From Octopus sinensis (taxonomy: Eukaryota): a DNA stretch of 64,000 nt. Position 1 is the first letter of the stretch, and each line of letters opens with the position of its first letter. The stretch is from assembly GCF_006345805.1 (NCBI RefSeq), contig NC_043002.1, positions 76,074,001-76,138,000 on the forward strand. Reading direction: 5' to 3'. Below are positions 1 through 11,048 of this stretch, in pieces. The notes beneath the pieces were generated by a model. It was not told the origin of the DNA and searched no databases. It saw only the letters and a list, made by a program, of their open reading frames with translations. The translations under genes and the position numbers were made by a program.

Positions 1-1110
1 TTGAAGAACTGAACTGACAGCAGAAGATCAGCTATTAGGAGAGATGAAAATCGGTGGAGGAATCTTCCAGCGCGTCAGTGTATCCCTACTAGTCTTTGTG
101 ATGGGAACTGAAATATTGCAGAAGGCAAAAGTTGGGGTATGATCTTGGAAGTGGTAAGTGAAAATTTAATTAGCTACCATTCATGGATGACTGAAAGTTG
201 TTCACAAAAAGTGAGCCAGAACTGGACAACCTTGTTCAGTCGGAGCGGATTTTCTCAAATGGTATCACAATGGAGCTTGAACTTTGAAAATGTGCCATGA
301 TGGGGATAAGACGAAGAAAGCATACCTATGCCCTCTATCAGGACAGAGGGCATAGGTATGCCCAGTGGTGAAATGATGAAGGTCGTATTGAAAGCAGAGA
401 GAAAGTACAAAAAGGGCATGAAGGGACTATACAATCAATTCCATGTGACCACATCCGAAGCTACTGCAAAACAAGTGTGACTGGCTGATGAAAGGAACAT
501 GGAAAAAGGAGACTGAGAGCACCATACTAGTATTGCAATACCAAGCTCTAGCCATAAATTGAGACGGAACCTTAGGAAGGAGCACGTGTCTCCATTGTGC
601 CGCGTCTGTAATAGAATGGACAAAACTATTGCCATATCGTGAATGCCCTAGACTTGCAGAAAGCCATTATAGCAAAACAAAAAGGGGTTAACATTAAGAA
701 CAAAGTAATTGCAATCACTACATTGAGACAGTTGATAAGATCCTTTCTAGCTGCCCAGTGTTTGCCAACTCTGGTACCTTCACAGTCGGATGCCTACGGA
801 GTGATATTGATCGTGTTATCGCACATGTCCACCAACATTTCGACATGAAAGCGTAATTGTATAAAGTTTTACCAAACGTGGTTCATGACATTGATCATGC
901 TACAATCAACTGGGATACCCCTATCGAGACTTACAATGAGATCAGGACAAACCAGGCAGATATAATTCTCAAAGGCTGATTTGAAAAATCTGTGTATTCT
1001 GATGACCATCGTGATATCTTCTGACCCTGACAATATTTCAAAGAATGTCAAGAATCTAACAATCTACCAGGATCTTGAAATTAAAGTAAGCAGAATGTGG
1101 CCGTAAAAGT
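1..1110 (+). pseudogene. Highly degraded R4/Dong-like non-LTR retrotransposon fragment (RT C-terminal part, CCHC knuckle, REL endonuclease)
   Basis: Manual translation across frameshifts gives GGIFQRVSVSLLVFV (cf. GIFQGDSLSPLLF), FMDD-KLF, WLMKGTWKKETESTI, C-RVC, INWDTPIET..I..NQADIIL and YQDLEIKVSRMW, in the same order as the element at 44220-48245. Confidence 0.8.
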
Positions 1111-1789
1111 TAAAATAATATCTATCAGAAATGAAAGGCTACAAATAAAAAATATTGGATAAACACATTAAATTCATGCGGGAGTCTGTATATGAACACA
1201 GAGCTGAAAAATCTCTCTTCAACGTCCACGGCATATACTCTGTTGAAAAAAAAAACAAAGAGAATAGAACAATTGACATAACACATAATCTAAACACGCT
1301 ATCGAATTGAATACAATAATGCAGGGGTCGGGGAGCTTTTTAAACCAATTAACCCTAAAAATATTTATTTATGTGGACGTTACCCCTTGATTTGAAAGGA
1401 AGAAAATCGTAGATTCTTTGAATTTAAAAGGTTTATTGAATCTATTTATATGAAGAATACAATTATGAATATAAAAAGTATAAAACAAATGCGATAAAAT
1501 AAATTCATATTCTCATTATGAAACAAAAGGATTTTTCTAGAAACTTTTTACATTTCAGGTTTTGGAGAAAGGATGATGTTTCACTTTTGATGCAATTACA
1601 TCAAAATTGGGGCATTTTGATGCCAGAGCAATTTGGATACAATCTTCGGGGTCCAATTGATTACTCTGCTTTGTTCTTAAGTTCATTTAGAATAGAAAAT
1701 TCTAGTTTGGAAAGGTAGATTGTTGCAAAAGGCAGCAACTTTTGGACTGACTTTTCATGCTAGAAGAAAAATTTCTATCGTAACACGCT

Positions 1790-2270
1790 TTTTACCTCCG
1801 CCTTCACTAAGGCGGAGGTATTGTTTTCAGGCGTGTTTGTCGTTTGAACGTGGACAGAATATCTCAAGAACCGCTGAATGGATTCGGATGGATGTTTCAG
1901 AGACGTTTGGCCTTGTGACTGGCACGAACTGATTAGATTTTGTGATCGATCCGGTATCGGACAAGGATTCTGGATTATTTTTCCTGTTTCTTTAACTTAA
2001 CTTTTCAGAGCGGCCGGGTTCATTTTTAGTATTCTCGTTTGTTAGAGCAGTCGAGTTCATTTAAGATATTTTCATTTTAAAAATCATCTCTCGCTAATCG
2101 TTTATTTCAGATATTTGCATTTTAAAAATCATCTCTCGCTAATCGTTTATTTCATATATTTGCATTTTAAAAATCATCTCTCTCCCTTCTTTGAAGTATT
2201 GTCGGGGTCAGAAGATATCACGATTGGTATTGCCTTGGCGGAGGTTTGCGCTCTCTGAGTGCTCTTCCTT
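1790..2270 (+). mobile_element. Non-autonomous Helentron/DINE-1-like (HINE-type) element
   Basis: 5' hairpin TACCTCCGCCTT-cact-AAGGCGGAGGTA (1793-1820); subterminal inverted copy GGCGGAGGT at 2237-2245 followed by a short 3' stem-loop gcgctc-tct-gagtgc; internal ~45-bp tandem repeat at ~2066-2185. Confidence 0.55.
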
Positions 2271-2935
2271 ATATATAATTTTACTAATGTCTAATGATTC
2301 CACATTACCCACAAGAATTTCATTTTTACCGCAGTTGGGGTCGACCCCTAAAATAATGCAACACACGTATTGTATATTTTACACAATCTACACTCTGTAA
2401 GGCAACACAGAACATACTCTTAAAAGAAACGATACATTATTGTGTAACACATCTCATACAGTAACAAAAAAGACTCGCGTAACCACAGATTTTATATAAC
2501 AGACATCTCATAACATAGCGTCACCCACATAACTCAGGCAACATATAAAATGTAATCACCACTCAGCATAAAAGGATATATGTCATAACTCGCCCAATAC
2601 ATATGAAAGACAATCACTACTACCATCCAAAAATTACATAGCTCATATTCTATAGATTCTAAACAACAAACGCCACATAATTATTGGAATAGTAACAGAA
2701 AAACGAAAATTCAGCAACGAAGCAAAGCTGAAGTAGCATACAAACGTATTTCTACAAAATTATATGACAATGTGGCTCACATCTCAGCAACATGGCGTTG
2801 CGACACGGTATACAATATAAACTTGTAGTAACCAGTCAGAAGGCCTTCTGCTAATGTTTATACTTTGTATATACGTAGCTGCATACATGCACACACAGAC
2901 ACACAATATATATATATATATTCTTTTATTCTTTT

Positions 2936-3123
2936 TTTTTGTTTCAATCATTTGACTGCAGCCATACTGGAGCACTGACTTTAGTCGAGCATATCGATCC
3001 CAGGTCTTATTATTTGTAAGCCTAGTATTTATTCTATCGGGTTTCTTTTGCTAAGTTACGGGGAACAAAATACACCAGAATCGGTTGCCAAGCAATGTTG
3101 GGGAGACAAACATAGATACAGAA

Positions 3124-3198
<75 letters not shown>

Positions 3199-3361
3199 GA
3201 CGGGCTTCTTTCAGTTTCGGTCTACCCAATCCACTCTGAAGGTTTGGTCGGCCCGAAGCTACAATAGAAGACACTAGCATGAAGTGACACACTGTGGGAC
3301 TGAACCCGGAGCCATGTGGTTGGTAAGCAAGCTACTTACTACACAGCCACTCCTACGCCTA
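2936..3361 (-). mobile_element. tRNA-derived CORE-like SINE (family A) with internal (CA)n(TA)n
   Basis: Reverse complement matches the copy at 7990-8396 (A-box-like TGGCTGTGTGG, B-box-like GGTTCAGTCC). Confidence 0.85.
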
Positions 3362-3816
3362 TATAGTCATATATATATACATATATATATATACATATAT
3401 ATATATACATATATATATATATACATATATCTATAGATATAAAACTCAACTTGTGTGTCTGTGTGTTTAACTTCCCGGCACATCTCCCCCTAGCCAACAA
3501 ATCGTAGAACCTCCAAAAATGGGTCACTTAAAGTTTAGGCAAATGAAAATTGAACTGCGCTATTTCTGTTCCGAAATTCATCTCGCAAAAATCGATAATG
3601 TGTTTGTTTAGGCCTTATCCCATGCATTGAATAGTGAACTTTAACTCAGTCAGCCAACTGTTTGACGTGAACTGTGTTCACCACGCGTGCAAGCATGCGT
3701 AAATTGCATGAAAAATAAAAAAATCAAGATATAAAAACGAAACAATTGAGAAATTCGGCAAAGAAATGAATTTTCGGGATGTAGTCTGGAGGGTTTTTTC
3801 GTATTAATATATATAT

Positions 3817-3892
<76 letters not shown>

Positions 3893-4221
3893 TATGATAG
3901 AAGAAGGCTAACTCTTCCTTCCGTAGAAGAGAAAATTCAAATCGGATCATGTTAACACCAAAAATTATTTACATCAAAAAGGTGCCTTTTTTCTATGAAA
4001 ATCCCTATTTTTTACGATGTTTTGACTGCTGTGTCGCCATTTTCTCGTGTATTTCACTTAAAGAGAATAACAAGCTACATACTGCCAAATTTTTACTTTT
4101 CAAAAATTACAATTGCCGGGCGATACTGCTAGTATACATATATATATATATATGTATATACACACAAACACACACACATATATATATATATACACACAAA
4201 CACACACACACAAACACAAAA

Positions 4222-4274
<53 letters not shown>

Positions 4275-4515
4275 TATGCATACATATATATACATACATG
4301 CATATATACATATATATATATATAATCATTCCAAGGACCTATAGTCCTTTAAGGGATGTTTGTATACTAGTTCTCCGGTTTATAATAGTGTCCAATGAAA
4401 ACTAAATACGTCAGTTCTGCATTGATGGATATGGGTAATTAAAATAATCATTCCCGAGGAAAAGAAGAAAATGGAGAAATTAACATATACACATCAGTTT
4501 ATTCAAAGATATTCG

Positions 4516-4678
4516 AATCAATATAATATGAAATTCTTACCCCTATAGCCGTTTCCATATCCAATTGATTTAATTTGAGAAATTAAATTAGATTGAATTA
4601 ATTTAAATTAATTTCTTTAATTGGGTCAACTGGATATGGAAACGGCTGTAGGGATAAGAATTTCATATCATATTGATT
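4516..4678. repeat. 53-bp inverted repeat with AT-rich spacer; arms carry the 3' half of an HHR-like motif (GAAA-cggctg-TA)
   Basis: Arms 4516-4568 and 4626-4678 are reverse complements with a few mismatches; GAAA at 4639-4642, GTA at 4648-4650. Confidence 0.7.
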
Positions 4679-4792
4679 AAACTGGTGTCTACATGTCAAT
4701 TTATCCCTTTTCTTCTTTTTCTTACATATATATTAAATATATATATATATATAATATATATATATTATATATATATAATATATATATATTAT

Positions 4793-4960
4793 CTAGGGAG
4801 ATTTTCCGAAAAAAACAAAAGACGAAGACAGGTGGTGTACAAAACAAACAGATGTATTAGCATAACGCTCAGGAATAGAAAAAAGTCTTTTACGTTTCGA
4901 GCCTACGCTCTTCTACAGAAAGGGACACAGAAAAGACAAGGAGAGAAAAAAATGTGTGTA
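4793..4960 (-). mobile_element. (TA)n-embedded repeat fragment with a variant minimal HHR-like motif at 4887-4922; truncated copy at ~28822-28920
   Basis: Minus strand reads cttt-CTGTAGA-a-gagc(gtag)gctc-GAAA-cg-TA-aaag; the sequence aagacgaagacaggtggtgta...gatgtattag recurs at 28850-28900. Confidence 0.55.
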
Positions 4961-6104
4961 GCGCGCGCGTGTGTGTGTTTCGGAGTGTGCGTGTGCATAT
5001 ATATAGGCATAAAAATATATATTTTATATATATATGTAAGGCTTTCTTACTGGTACTTAAAATTACTATGCAATGTTTCCATACTTTTTCTTTATCTGAA
5101 AGAATCTGCGGTTTATGATTAAGTAGGCTTATCGCTCATACATATGTAAGCGATATATATATATATATATATTATAATATATATATATATATATAATATA
5201 TATATATATATGCCTATCAAAAATAATGAATAGCGACAGAAGCAGTATTAATTTCAAAAGGTACGGTGTATTGTATAAATTTTATGCAGAAAGTACTCGA
5301 TACAGCGATATTACTTTAAAAAGTTAGAAACTATCTAAAAGCAACACTAAAAACGAAACAAATTGACCAACTGCGTGCATGTGCACTAACAGAATATTAA
5401 GGAATCACTTTGTAGCAATGTTTCAAGTAGTAAATATCTGGACTTTTGTGCAAATGCAGAATTCAATTAAATAAGTACCAGTCGATTAAATAAGTACCAG
5501 TTACGCACTGGAGTCAATGTAATCGACTTAATCCCTTCCCTCAGTTTTTGTGGCCTTGAGCTGCCAATAAAAAGGATTATTACCAAATAATAAGTACGAT
5601 TAGCTACGCTTGAGAAACGAAATTAATCTCAAGATTCAAGAATTCTCCGAAGTTGACATGCCGTTAAGAAAAGGTCCGTGCTTAGTGTCTAGAGACACAT
5701 ATGCATATTTACATATTATGAAAGCAATGAACTCAAACGAATGAACAAAATATAGGAAGAGACAAGTTTTAACAAATTACGAATTAGCTTCATGCTTAAA
5801 TATCTACGCATAAACATACATGCGTAAGTAGGCGCATAAAAATTATATGCGCAGGCAGACGCATAAATATATATGCGTGGGTAGATGCAGAAGGCAGAAA
5901 GTTCGATATCTCTGCGTGCTATCTTGAGCAAAGGACGCTTTCTATAGCATGACACCTACTCTACCTTCTGTATGTAAATGAGTCAGTAGAAACTGTATGA
6001 AAGCTCGTCAGATGGAACATATTGGTAATCCAAAACGTACAGCCTTGTCGGTTATTGTGTCGCGCTAATTCTTCTTGAGAATACGTTGAAGATAGATCTG
6101 TGCA

Positions 6105-6628
6105 CCGTAAATCTTCGAGTATAATCCGCACTTTTTCCCCCAAACTTTGAAGTTGAAAATCCCTAGTGCGTACTATATACGAGGTTAAAAATGAAAAATA
6201 GTTGCTAAGCAATGTCTGAGTCTCTATTTGCTGTCCGGCAATGTTTATTCAAACGCATTTTGTGATGTCGGGCGCGAAAATACTTTAAGCTAAGCCTGAA
6301 AGCAATGAAGTCATAAAAGAACCATCCATAACTTGCAGTAAGCAACATTTATTAAAATAAAAGTATTCAGAACACAGAATAACATGTAACAAAAACAATT
6401 TGCAAACATATTTACATTCCCATATAACAGTTAAGAACATCACCATTATTGTATTACGCATGCGCGGAAGTGTTTGTTCGACTAGGTGCTGCTGGCTTCA
6501 TTACGCACGATTCAAGTTAGAAAAGGGGTGCGTATTATACACATGGTTTAGGTCTTTCAGAGGTACAACCCCCTAAAAAATCGCCTGCGTGTTATACTCA
6601 AGGGCGGACTATACGCGAGGATTTACGG
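6105..6628. mobile_element. pogo/Tc2-like MITE (~525 bp)
   Basis: Imperfect TIRs ccgtaaatcttcgagtataatccgc and gcggactatacgcgaggatttacgg; TA on the right flank, CA on the left; no coding capacity. Confidence 0.7.
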
Positions 6629-6986
6629 TATGTGGAATGTTTAGCCAATAAAAGTTGAATTCAGGAGCAGCTAATTCAGTTGATAAAGCTGCTGAATCCT
6701 CACATCAAACGACGGAGATAACCCCGCCCGCACAAACGCACGCAAACACATGTACAGTCATACATATACATATATAATTACACAAACACATGCGTATATC
6801 ATATATATTCTTTTCATTCTTTTCTTTTATTCGTTTATTTGTTTTAGTCATTTGACTGCGGATATATATGTATGCACACAACACACACAACACACATATT
6901 ATATATATATTATATATATATAATAATATAATATGTATATATATATATATATATATGTATATATTATATATATATATATATAATTA

Positions 6987-7017
<31 letters not shown>

Positions 7018-7028
7018 CATGTATGTAT

Positions 7029-7067
<39 letters not shown>

Positions 7068-7260
7068 TATAGATTCATATATATTCATATACACACACAT
7101 ATATATACATATGTATATATATATGTATGTCTGTATATGCACATGTGTGTGTGTGTTTGCACTGTGTATATTCAGCTTTTGACAGATAATTGTATAAGTA
7201 TACCTTACCTCATGTTATAATCTTTATGAAATGCAGTACTGTGCATATGTTTTTCTTCAG

Positions 7261-7382
7261 CTGTGGAGATCCGATATATTCACAACGTCATATTTTGAAA
7301 ACGTTAGTCTATCTTTTATTCATCAAGCGTATGGCAGCTTTTTCCTGTCCTTGAATGAAGAAGTGATATTCTTCCAAGATAG
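7261..7382 (+). CDS. Candidate internal exon of an unidentified host gene (LWRSDIFTTSYFENVSLSFIHQAYGSFFLSLNEEVIFFQD)
   Basis: Pyrimidine-rich acceptor gtttttcttcag| at 7260; donor AG|GTATAT at 7383; only one of the three frames is open; non-repetitive sequence. Protein not recognised. Confidence 0.35.
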
Positions 7383-7680
7383 GTATATCCGTCGCTGATC
7401 TAGATGAAGGAAATATTTAATATTTAGTTCACTCTCGCACCCTGTCTCTCCCGTTGTCACTATGGCTCTCTCATGCTTTCCCCCTCCCCTATCGCTCTCT
7501 CACTCTCTCTTTCATCCTTTTTCTCATTCAGTCCGCTTTGTTCAAACTCACTCAAACGAACTCGTTCGCGCACACACACCTAGATTCACACGCAAAACTC
7601 ATTGGCAAAAACAAGCAAAAACAAACATCCTTTTATATTTATATATGCGCATGTGCGTATGTATATACATAAGTACATTT

Positions 7681-7714
<34 letters not shown>

Positions 7715-7989
7715 GCATATGTACACACACACACATACACATATGCATAAGCGCTAGCATGCTATCTTAAAGGTAACACAATATTATATGAGAAACTTCT
7801 CTTGAAAGAATCAAATATATTTCTCCGCTCGTACATATTGAAGCACAAACACAAACACATATATCTTTACATGCATATACATGTATATATATATATATTG
7901 TGTGTATATGTGTATGTGTGTGTCTGAGTGAGTGTGTGTGTGTGTGTGTACGGGCGCGCACGCGTATGTGTTGTATAATTCTATATATA

Positions 7990-8396
7990 GGCGCAGGAGT
8001 GGCTGTGTGGTAAGTAGCTTGTTTACCAACATGGTTCAGGTTCAGTCCCACTGCGTGGCACCTTGGGCAAGTGTCTTCTACTATAGCCTCGGGCCGACCA
8101 AAGCCTTGTGAGTGGATTTGGTACGGGAAACTGAAAGAAGCCCGTCGTATATTATATATATATATATATATGTGTGTGTGGTGTGTGTGCTGTGTGTCTG
8201 TGTTTGTCCCACTAGCATTGCTTAACAACCGATGCTGGTGTGTTTATGTCCCCGTTACTTAGCTGTTCGGCAAAAGAGACCGATAGAATAAGTACTGGGC
8301 TTACAAAAGAATAAGTCCCGGGATCGAGTTGCTCGATTAAAGGCGGTGCTCCAGCATGGCCGCAGTCAAATGACTGAAACAAGTAAAAGAGTAAAG
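7990..8396 (+). mobile_element. tRNA-derived CORE-like SINE (family A), full length
   Basis: Head GGCGCAGGAGTGGCTGTGTGGTAAG, B-box-like GGTTCAGTCC, CORE-like GGCACCTTGGGCAAGTGTC, internal (TA)/(TG) tract, A-rich end. Confidence 0.85.
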
Positions 8397-9151
8397 AATG
8401 AAGAGTATACGCAAATAAGTAGAACAGCGGTAGAAATTTGAGCGTAAAACAGTAAATTGATGGTGATGAAGATCGGTGTCATCATCATCATCATCATCAT
8501 CATCACCAATATCATCATCACCAATATCATCATCATCATCATCATCGTCATTCATTATAAACGCTTCCATCGGTTTCTGTGATGTGCGTTCCGTTGCTCT
8601 CTCTCAACTGAAAGACCTATTCATTGACTTAGAATGAGTCGCATTTTCCTGTAAAATACAGTGTGAAGCAGTGTGTCAGAACAACGGCTTTTATTTGCTG
8701 ATAGAATTCATCTTGCAAATATCTGCCATATTTACTGCTACCCAGTAATCACTGGCATGTTTTGGGTTAGCCCCTGTATGTAGTACAGAAGAAAAAAAAC
8801 TGCCTTCCTACGGCCATACGCCGAAAAAACAAACCTCAGTATTGAAGCGCGGAAAGCGTTCGCTTTAAACACTAAGGTAAATACGCAACTACATGGATAT
8901 ATGAGCTGTATACACTCACACACACAAATATATATATTAATATATCTTTGTGTGTGTGTGGCTGTGTGTATGTATAACGCATATGTTAGCATATATATAT
9001 ATATATATATTATAATATATATTATATCACAATCAAGGAATGGCCATAATAGGCCATTCACCCACTAGAAATAACAGCCAAAGCTTCAACCACCGCAAAA
9101 TCCATTAATTCCGCAAACCAGGAGAAAATTAAAAAACATTTACCCTGTAAT

Positions 9152-9251
9152 TTCTTATACGATGCACCGTTCATCTATTGTTAATGGTAAACTAACCTGA
9201 TTAAATTAAATCAAGCCAATCTTCCATAGGCCGATAGATCGTCAGTAAGAA
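9152..9251 (-). ncRNA. Type I hammerhead ribozyme, inverted copy, with 1-nt deletions (GAA instead of GAAA; first base of stem II missing)
   Basis: Reverse complement of the motif at 9684-9785; the indels may be decay or sequencing error. Confidence 0.55.
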
Positions 9252-9683
9252 CAGCCAGATTCGAGCAGATATTATCACGAGCACCTCTATCCCTGCCTCG
9301 GCAATATCTGACCTAAAATTTTCAAATCATTCGCACTCGCGCCAAATTTATCGGCAGCAAATATAAGCCGCCGATTCCATACGGAATTAACCAGAAAATT
9401 CATAATTAATCAATATAGGGTGGCAAAAAATTTCGTAGAATTTATTTGCCACCAGCGGCCTAGTGGGAAAAAATAAATAGTCATAGACCATTTATAGTTT
9501 AACATCACAATCAAGGAATGGCCATAATAGGCCATGAATTTTCTGGTTAATTCCGTAATGGAATCGGCGGCTTATATTTGCTGCCGATAAATTTGGCGCG
9601 AGTGCGATGATTTTGAAATTTAGGTCAGATATTGCCGAGGCAGGATAGAGTGCCTCGTGATAATATCTGCTCGAATCTGGCTG

Positions 9684-9785
9684 TTCTTACTGACGAATCT
9701 ATCGGCCTATGGAAGATTGGCTTGATTAACTTAATCAGGTTAGTTTACCATTAAACAATAGATGAAACGGTGCATCGTATAAGAA
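9684..9785 (+). ncRNA. Type I hammerhead ribozyme (predicted cleavage after GUA, 9779)
   Basis: Stem I ttctta/taagaa; core CTGACGA 9690-9696; stem II atctat/atagat around a ~55-nt insert; GAAA 9764-9767; stem III acgg-tgca-tcgt; GTA 9777-9779. Confidence 0.85.
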
Positions 9786-10162
9786 ATTACAGGGTAAATG
9801 TTTTTTTAATTTTCTCCTGGTTTGCGGAATTAATGTCTTTTGCGGTTGAAGCTTTGGCTGTTATTTTAGTGGGTGAATGGCCTATTATGGCCATTCCTTG
9901 ATTGTGATTTTGAACTTATAAATGGTCTATGACTATTTAATTTTTTCCCACTAGGCCGCTGGTGGCAAATAATTCTAACGAAATTTTTTGCCACCCTATA
10001 ATTGATTAATTATGAATTTTCTGGTTAATTCCGTAATGGAATCGGCGGCTTATATTGCTGCCGATAATTTGGCGCGAGTGCGATGATTTGAAAATTTTAG
10101 GTCAGATATTGCCGAGGCAGGGATAGAGGTGCCTCGTGATAATATCTGCTCGAATCTGGCTG

Positions 10163-10265
10163 TTCTTACTGACGAATCTATCGGCCTATGGAAGATTGGC
10201 TTGATTTAACTTAATCAGGTTAGTTTACCATTAAACCATAGATGAAACGGTGCATCGTATAAGAA
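10163..10265 (+). ncRNA. Type I hammerhead ribozyme (cleavage after 10259)
   Basis: Same elements as 9684-9785: CTGACGA 10169-10175, GAAA 10244-10247, GTA 10257-10259. Confidence 0.85.
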
Positions 10266-10640
10266 ATTACAGGGTAAATGTTTTTTTAATTTTCTCCGGT
10301 TTGCGGAATTAATGTTATTTTGCGGTTGAAGCTTTGGCTGTTATTTCTAGTGGGTGAATGGCCTATTATGGCCATTCCTTGATTGTGATTTTGAACTTAT
10401 AAATGGTCTATGACTATTTAATTTTTTCCCACTAGGCCGCTGGTGGCAAATATTCTACGAAATTTTTTGCCACCCTATATTGATTAATTATGAATTTTCT
10501 GGTAATTCCGTAATGGAATCGGCGGCTTTATTTGCTGCCGATAAATTTGGCGCGAGTGCGATGATTTGAAAATTTTAGGTCAGATATTGCTGAGGCAGGG
10601 ATAGAGGTGCCTCGTGATAATATCTGCTCGAATCTGGCTG

Positions 10641-10741
10641 TTTTACTGACGAATCTATCGGCCTATGGAAGATTGGCTTGATTTAATTTATCAGGTTAGT
10701 TTACCATTAAACAATAGATGAAACGGTGCATCGTATAAGAA
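10641..10741 (+). ncRNA. Type I hammerhead ribozyme (cleavage after 10735); 1-nt deletion in the 5' strand of stem I
   Basis: CTGACGA 10646-10652, GAAA 10720-10723, GTA 10733-10735. Confidence 0.75.
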
Positions 10742-10986
10742 ATTACAGGGTAAATGTTTTTTTAATTTTCTCCTGGTTTGCGGAATTAATGTTATTTTGC
10801 GTTGAAGCTTTGGCTGTTATTTCTAGTGGGTGAATGGCCTATTATAGCCATTCCTTGATTGTGATGTTGAACTTATAAATGGTCTATGACTATTTAATTT
10901 TTTCCCACTAGGCCGCTGGTGGCAAATAAATTCTACGATTTTTTGCCACCCTATATTGATTAATTATATATATATATATATCTATA

Positions 10987-11048
<62 letters not shown>

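Larger units (their letters stand above)
9026..10967. mobile_element. Retrozyme-like / Penelope pLTR-like array of a 478-bp HHR-containing monomer: one inverted copy plus ~30 bp (9026-9535), then three head-to-tail copies starting at 9534, 10012 and 10490; flanked by (TA)n
   Basis: Periodicity is read directly (atgaattttctgg recurs every 478 bp; atcacaatcaagg at 9026 and 9504); each monomer has one type I HHR motif. Confidence 0.9.

Noticed and set aside
9026-10967. Interpretation as a CRISPR array, simple satellite or Helitron rolling-circle concatemer
   Set aside because: No spacers. Dispersed loci with fixed ends, an internal inversion and one HHR per unit favour an RNA-based element. The ggtggcaaa/tttgccacc hairpin near the right end means a Helitron origin is not fully excluded
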